From Syntrophomonadaceae bacterium (GTDB taxonomy: Bacteria; Bacillota; Syntrophomonadia; Syntrophomonadales; Syntrophomonadaceae), in assembly GCA_050949865.1 (NCBI GenBank), contig JBMNGN010000005.1, positions 89,647-153,646 of the forward strand: a DNA stretch of 64,000 bases, read 5' to 3'. The position numbers and the translations under genes are program-made. The notes under the pieces are model-generated. The model was not told the origin of the DNA. It saw only the letters and a list, made by a program, of their open reading frames with translations, and did no database searches. How positions within the stretch are numbered: position 1 is the first letter of the stretch; every line of letters begins with the position of its first letter. Below, one piece after another: positions 58,552 to 64,000 of this stretch.

Positions 58552-58768
58552 TTAAGTCATTTCAACTCCGCCCCTGATAATATTTCAGTCTGTTTCAACA
58601 TTACGTTAAATTTAACACAAGTATTGTCATAAATAAACCGTAGAAATGAGGCAATCACCTAGCTTTTAAAAGCTGGAGGGCAACCAGGGAATAAAAAGCA
58701 GCAAAGGTCAGATACGGTAAGGATTAATCCTTACGGTTTGATGCAGTCGTCAGGCCATATATACTATA

Positions 58769-59992
58769 TTACAGTAACATCTTGGATGGCCCGGAAAAAT
58801 CTCGATGACCTATCAGGTTTAGGATTGGGTTCTGAGGCTTTGGCCGGTTGGTAGTTGCCAACTTTATGTAGACTGATTCCAGTTTCTTGGCCGTATTGGA
58901 TGATGAAAGCCGGCATGCTTTAATCAATGCATTATTCTTAAAGGTCTCATATAGATGGTTATCGGTCAAAACCCTGCAAACCGATTGGCTGAATTCGGAC
59001 AGGTCATTACTGGTTAAGATACCTTCCTGGTTATCCTCAACCATATCCTCAACCCCGCAGGCCCTGATAGCAACTACCGGCAGTCCGGTAGCCATAGCCT
59101 CAATTAAAACTAATCCCTGGGTCTCGGTTAAAGAGGAAAAAACAAACAGATCGGCCGAATAATAGATATTTACCAGATTATCGAATGGAACAGCTCCAGT
59201 GAAGATCACATCTCTATCTAATGACAGGCCGAGATTAAAAACGAGTTTTTTTAATTCATTTTCCATAGGACCCTGAGCAGTTATCACCAGGGTGGTATTG
59301 GGTAAACTTAATTTTATAAGATGGAATGCCTTGATCAGAAACTCAAGGTTCTTTTCCTTGGTTAGCCGGCCCACAAAGAGCAGGATCTTATTGCTCCTTG
59401 GAATTTGGTAATGTTTACGGAGCCAGTCACTGTCACCCTGGTTAAATCTATGAATGGGAACTCCGGTGGGAATAACTGATATTGGAGAATTGATATCATA
59501 AGCCTTTAACAAGCGCTCAATATTAGAGCTGGGGACTATAATATGGTCACATGCATTACAAAATCGGGTACTGTACTTTATAGTTACGCCTTTTGCCAGG
59601 TCATGAGCTATAGGAACATAATGAACATATTGATCATAACGGGTATGGTAGGTAAAGACTAAAGGAATCTGATATTTTCTTGCGAATCTAAGCCCCACCC
59701 TCCCCATAGTAAAAGGGGAATGAACATGGATAATATCCAGGTTCAGTTTTTTAATAAGCGTACTAATCCCTGGATAAAGAGGTATTGCCAACGAAAAATC
59801 GGGATTAGTGGGAGCAGGCAGGGAATAAAAACGGTAAACATTTTCCTCTACTTCAAAATAGTTTTGGTAATTAGGAGCAAAAATATAGATCTCGTGCCCA
59901 AACTTGGTTAATTCCTCTTGGAAAGTCGTGATTGAGGTTACTACGCCACTGGTATAAGGTTTATAACTGTCAGTAAAGAATCCAATCCTCAT
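58769..59992 (-). CDS. GT4-family glycosyltransferase (monoglucosyl-diacylglycerol-synthase-like)
   Basis: ATG 59992 lies 9 nt after AAGGGAGGG. The N-terminus MRIGFFTDSYKPYTSGVVTS resembles glycolipid synthases. An EX7E-type motif (TETQGLVLIEAMATGLPVV) is present. Confidence 0.7.
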   Translation of the reverse strand: MRIGFFTDSYKPYTSGVVTSITTFQEELTKFGHEIYIFAPNYQNYFEVEENVYRFYSLPAPTNPDFSLAIPLYPGISTLIKKLNLDIIHVHSPFTMGRVGLRFARKYQIPLVFTYHTRYDQYVHYVPIAHDLAKGVTIKYSTRFCNACDHIIVPSSNIERLLKAYDINSPISVIPTGVPIHRFNQGDSDWLRKHYQIPRSNKILLFVGRLTKEKNLEFLIKAFHLIKLSLPNTTLVITAQGPMENELKKLVFNLGLSLDRDVIFTGAVPFDNLVNIYYSADLFVFSSLTETQGLVLIEAMATGLPVVAIRACGVEDMVEDNQEGILTSNDLSEFSQSVCRVLTDNHLYETFKNNALIKACRLSSSNTAKKLESVYIKLATTNRPKPQNPILNLIGHRDFSGPSKMLL

Positions 59993-60121
59993 TCCAAAGT
60001 ACCCTCCCTTAACAAGACCCATTTATAAACATAATATAATTATTTTTCATTTATTGCCAACCATCTCATCTAAGGTGGAAGCACTGCCGTAGAAAACCAT
60101 TTAGATTGGTAACCAGCCCCT

Positions 60122-60568
60122 TTACTCTTCATAAAATTCGTAGCCCGCTACCTGGAAGGCTTCTCCCCGATCCGACATATCTCCCGGATTTAAAACCCCT
60201 TCTTCCGCCGGGCGGGTAAATTTATCCTGTGCATGGCGGGCACAGCTGGAACACAAAGTGGTATTTACCAACCTTTCCAATCTTGCCTCTTCAATCGGTT
60301 GACTACATCTTTCACAGATTCCATATCTACCCAGGTTATATTGGTTAATCGCATCATTAACTTTTTCCATTTCTAATTCCAGGAGCTCCAGCAGCCCACT
60401 GTCTTTTTCTCTCTCATACAGCTCAGTTCCAATGTCGGCTGGATGCTGATCATATAGTGCCAGTTCATTAACCGATTCAGTCAAGGGCACTGCAAGATCC
60501 TCTTGTTTAGCCTTAATAACCTGTTCAATCTGCTCCTTTTTGGCCATTAGTCTCGCTAAATGATCCAT
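60122..60568 (-). CDS. DksA/TraR C4 zinc-finger family protein (YlyA/YteA-like)
   Basis: ATG 60568 lies 6 nt after GAGGTG. It has the zinc-finger motif CERCSQPI...CSSC. Its position near ileS matches B. subtilis ylyA. Confidence 0.75.
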   Translation of the reverse strand: MDHLARLMAKKEQIEQVIKAKQEDLAVPLTESVNELALYDQHPADIGTELYEREKDSGLLELLELEMEKVNDAINQYNLGRYGICERCSQPIEEARLERLVNTTLCSSCARHAQDKFTRPAEEGVLNPGDMSDRGEAFQVAGYEFYEE

Positions 60569-60593
60569 TGCATACACCTCTATTAACTTACTC

Positions 60594-60908
60594 TCATCGG
60601 GTACTTAACTGGCTCTGTACAATCTGCACTATGTCTGCAATAAAGTCGCCTATGAGCGGAATATTTAATAGAATGATCCTCTGCAAAAAATAGATTAACA
60701 CTGCTGCCAGCAGAGTAAATCCAATAGCCGTCCCAAGGCCTCTGGCCAATCCAGCCAGGAAGTTTAAGTATAACAGACGGTACGGATTCTCCAATAGTTG
60801 TATATATTCGGCAAAGCGCATTTTATCCATATTTATGGCCAGCTCTTCAACCTTTTTAGCCAGTCTTTCCCATCCAGTATTATCTTCTTGGCGGGGTGGT
60901 TCTTCCAT
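60594..60908 (-). CDS. DUF5665 membrane protein
   Basis: ATG 60908 lies 5 nt after GGAGGGG. YLNFLAGLARGLGTAIGFTLL and its position directly after ileS fit DUF5665. Confidence 0.65.
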   Translation of the reverse strand: MEEPPRQEDNTGWERLAKKVEELAINMDKMRFAEYIQLLENPYRLLYLNFLAGLARGLGTAIGFTLLAAVLIYFLQRIILLNIPLIGDFIADIVQIVQSQLSTR

Positions 60909-61142
60909 CAGTTCCCCTCCAGTCAATAATAGTATTCCACGGGGCAAATTATTAATACACCTCAATTATTTATAGCTTGTATTGGAGCAGGTACAGGTTT
61001 TTACGATTAATAAAGCCCACCGAAGAACACCCATTAACCTTCATTAATCGGGGCTCTGCCCAGGAGTCCACATTATTCAGCCCAGTCTCCTCAACCTTGC
61101 CCGGTACAGGAATTATTCTTACCCCCGCAAGTTTTCCCTAGT

Positions 61143-63932
61143 TTAATTCTCCTGTGTTCCAAGACCGGTTACTACATTAGCACATCTCTGGCATAAGGTA
61201 GGGTGCAGGGGATCCATACCAGTAGTTGGGCTTATGATCCAGCAGCGTTCACATTTCTTTCCCGGGGCAGGTTCAACTGAAACATGAACGGCCTCAATCC
61301 CATCCGCTTTAAGTGCCTGTTGTGGCGCTTCATCTGTCCCTTTAACCTGCAGGTCTGAAACAATAAAAAACTTGTCTAAATTGTAGGTGCTGTTTAGGAC
61401 CTGCGCCCGAACCGGATCAGCATAAATAATTACCCGGGCTCCGAGAGAATGCCCGATAATTTTTTCCCTGCGAGCCTCTTCTAAGGCTTTGGTGACTGCC
61501 TCCCGGATTTCAATTAATTTGGCATACTTGTCCTCGATTTCAGGGTTGCTGAAAACATCGTTGGGCTTTGGCCATTCTAAAAGCTGAACGCTAATCGGCT
61601 GGTTGTCTTTTCTCAGGTGCTGCCATATTTCTTCGCTGGTAAAGGCCAGTATTGGTGCCAGCATTACGACCAGGGTGTTGATTATTTGATACATTGCTGT
61701 TTGGGCAGCTTTCCTTGCCGGATCGTCCGGTTTGGAACAATAGAGATTGTCTTTTAAGATATCAAAATATATGTTGCTTAAATCTATAGTGCAAAAATTA
61801 TGGATCGAGTGAAATACGACATGAAATTCATAATTCTCATAGGCATTGGTTACCCTTCTTACCAACCGGTCAAGCCTGGCTAATGCCCACTTATCAAGCT
61901 CTGCCAGCTGCTCATATTCCACTTTATCTTTATCAGGGTTAAAATCATATAGATTGCCCAGGATAAACCTGCAGGTGTTCCTGATCTTGCGATATGCTTC
62001 AGAACTCTGTTTTATAATATTCTCTGAAACTGAAACATCGGTACGGTAATCGGCTGATGATACCCAAAGCCTTAATATATCAGCTCCCAATTCCCGGATG
62101 AGTTTTAGTGGATCAACCACATTGCCGAGGGATTTTGACATTTTGCGTCCCTGTTCATCCACCACAAACCCGTGGGTCAACACTTTACGGTAAGGTGCTT
62201 GGGCCTTAACCGCAACCGCGGTTGAAAGTGAGGAGTTAAACCATCCCCGGTGTTGATCACTTCCCTCCAGATAAAGGTCAGCCGGCCATTGAAGATCCTT
62301 TCGCTGTTCGAGCACCGCCATATGGCTTGAACCCGAATCGAACCAAACATCCATTATATCAGTTTCTTTGGTAAACTCTTCTCCCCCGCACTCGCATTTA
62401 TATCCCGGAGGAAGCAGTTCTGCAGCCTCCTTCATAAACCAGATATCAGAGCCATGCTCGGCAAAGAGCTGGGCAAGCCTGGCAATAGTAGTATCACTTA
62501 TAATACTTTGGCCGCAGGATTGGCAATAAAATATAGGAATCGGCACTCCCCAGGTGCGCTGCCGGGAGATACACCAATCGCCTCTTTCCCTAACCATATT
62601 GTAGATCCTGTCCCGCCCCCAGGCCGGAATCCATTCAACCTTGTCAATTTCCGCTAAAGCAGTATCTCGAAAGCCGCTGATTGAGGCAAACCATTGTTGG
62701 GTAGCACGGTAAATAATAGGGTTCTTGCATCTCCAGCAATGAGGATACTGGTGTTTTATTTTGGAGGCATTAACCAGCATATTATTTTGCCGTAATTCAG
62801 TAATTATAGCCTGATTTGATTCATGCACAGGCTTCCCTGCAAATGGGGAAGCCTCGGAAGTGAATCTTCCTCTATCATCTACTGGTGATATCACCTCAAG
62901 TCCGTATGCCTTACCCACATAAAAATCGTCTTCCCCATGGCCAGGAGCAGTATGGACACAACCGGTTCCAGCTTCCAGGGTTACATGCTCCCCAAGTACA
63001 ACTAGAGATTCACGTTCCATAAAGGGATGCCTGCAAGTGATAAACTCCAGCTGTTTTCCCTTAACTTCTTTTAGTACCGAAATTTGTCCCCAGCCGACCG
63101 TATCAGCAACTGTTTCCAGCAGTCCTTTGGCAACCAGATATTTTTCGTTTCCCGTTTCCAGCAATACATAATCATATTCAGGATGAACTGATATACCAGT
63201 ATTAGCCGGGAGGGTCCAGGGGGTTGTAGTCCAGATAATAATATAACTATCCTCCGGCAGTATACCCCGGCCATCTTTAACCGGGAATTTGACATAGATA
63301 GATGGAGATATTTTGTCAGTATATTCCACCTCTGCTTCTGCCAGGGCGGTTTCACAATTACCACACCAGTAAACCGGTTTCAACCCTTTGTAGATATACC
63401 CTTTTTTAGCCATTTCTCCAAATACCTTGATCTGTACTCCTTCGAATTCCGGGAAAAGGGTAATATAGGGATGTTCCCAATCCCCACGCACTCCCAGCCT
63501 TTTGAACTGCTGGCGCTGGATATCCACGTATTTTAGGGCATATTCCCGGCAGTGGTTTCTAAACTTAATTATGTCGGTCTTATGGCGGTCAATCCCCAGG
63601 CTTTTAATGGCCTGTTGCTCGATAGGCAACCCATGGGTGTCCCACCCTGGTACATAAGGAGCATCACACCCCGTCATTGAACGATATTTTACTATAATAT
63701 CTTTTAGTACCTTGTTTAAGGTATGGCCAAGATGGATATCACCATTGGCATAGGGAGGACCATCATGCAGAATAAACTTCTTATTTCCGGCATTCTTTTC
63801 TTGAACTGCAGTATATATGGCATTTTTCTCCCAGAAATCAAGAATATCGGGTTCCCTTTGAGGCAGGTTAGCTTTCATCGGAAATCCAGTTTGAGGTAAG
63901 TTTAAAGTCTCATCATATTTACCTTTGGCCAT
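61143..63932 (-). CDS. ileS: isoleucine--tRNA ligase
   Basis: It has the HIGH motif (HLGH), KMSKS, and a C-terminal zinc ribbon (CERCW...CQRC). ATG 63932 lies 6 nt after GGGTGA; the track start at 63938 is a TTG. Confidence 0.96.
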   Translation of the reverse strand: MAKGKYDETLNLPQTGFPMKANLPQREPDILDFWEKNAIYTAVQEKNAGNKKFILHDGPPYANGDIHLGHTLNKVLKDIIVKYRSMTGCDAPYVPGWDTHGLPIEQQAIKSLGIDRHKTDIIKFRNHCREYALKYVDIQRQQFKRLGVRGDWEHPYITLFPEFEGVQIKVFGEMAKKGYIYKGLKPVYWCGNCETALAEAEVEYTDKISPSIYVKFPVKDGRGILPEDSYIIIWTTTPWTLPANTGISVHPEYDYVLLETGNEKYLVAKGLLETVADTVGWGQISVLKEVKGKQLEFITCRHPFMERESLVVLGEHVTLEAGTGCVHTAPGHGEDDFYVGKAYGLEVISPVDDRGRFTSEASPFAGKPVHESNQAIITELRQNNMLVNASKIKHQYPHCWRCKNPIIYRATQQWFASISGFRDTALAEIDKVEWIPAWGRDRIYNMVRERGDWCISRQRTWGVPIPIFYCQSCGQSIISDTTIARLAQLFAEHGSDIWFMKEAAELLPPGYKCECGGEEFTKETDIMDVWFDSGSSHMAVLEQRKDLQWPADLYLEGSDQHRGWFNSSLSTAVAVKAQAPYRKVLTHGFVVDEQGRKMSKSLGNVVDPLKLIRELGADILRLWVSSADYRTDVSVSENIIKQSSEAYRKIRNTCRFILGNLYDFNPDKDKVEYEQLAELDKWALARLDRLVRRVTNAYENYEFHVVFHSIHNFCTIDLSNIYFDILKDNLYCSKPDDPARKAAQTAMYQIINTLVVMLAPILAFTSEEIWQHLRKDNQPISVQLLEWPKPNDVFSNPEIEDKYAKLIEIREAVTKALEEARREKIIGHSLGARVIIYADPVRAQVLNSTYNLDKFFIVSDLQVKGTDEAPQQALKADGIEAVHVSVEPAPGKKCERCWIISPTTGMDPLHPTLCQRCANVVTGLGTQEN

Positions 63933-64000
63933 GTACAATCACCCATCTTATAAAAAAATTAGGATTAGTATTAATGATTACCATGATACGGGGTTTCGAT

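Noticed and set aside
58552-58560. A two-codon mini-ORF, ATG-ACT-TAA, lies directly in frame before the murT ATG and has better SD spacing than murT itself.
   Set aside because: It cannot be evaluated from the sequence alone. It may be coincidental, and the murT N-terminus already aligns with known MurT from its annotated ATG.
63933-64000. A T-box leader of ileS.
   Set aside because: A T-box is expected from known biology, and a U7 run lies ~15 nt upstream of the SD. The window ends after 68 nt of leader, so the T-box core and Stem I are not visible and cannot be called.

Overview
This window is a 64-kb chromosomal segment from a spore-forming Firmicute. The content looks Clostridia-like: an IspH-S1 fusion, ruvC present, separate secD and secF, and DUF5665 after ileS. 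I call about 60 protein genes, nearly all on the minus strand. Gene order parallels known Bacillus subtilis blocks: cmk/S1; the aro genes; scpA-scpB...spmA-spmB-rluB; ruvAB-queA-tgt-yajC-secDF; ileS-ylyA...lspA-rluD-pyrR-pyrB-pyrC-carA-carB. Several ORF-track starts are over-extended. I re-placed them using Shine-Dalgarno (SD) spacing, stop/start overlaps and homolog lengths. I found no rRNA, tRNA, CRISPR array, or recognisable defence or toxin module, so most of the window is ordinary housekeeping. The accessory or odd content is as follows. (1) One degenerate IS3-family element sits just upstream of a second, regulatory-domain-less DAHP synthase and an MFS gene. (2) The carA in the pyr operon has both the catalytic Cys and the catalytic His replaced. 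(3) An overlapping hepT-like/ytpB-like pair looks like a C35 terpenoid module. (4) A strongly structured ~280-nt gap lies upstream of lutABC. (5) The aroF leader carries an intrinsic terminator and a Trp-Trp uORF. (6) An ECF sigma/anti-sigma/SIMPL module carries a sigmaW-like promoter. (7) A HutP-family gene sits directly upstream of aroH. All family assignments rest on motif recognition by eye. No database search was run.
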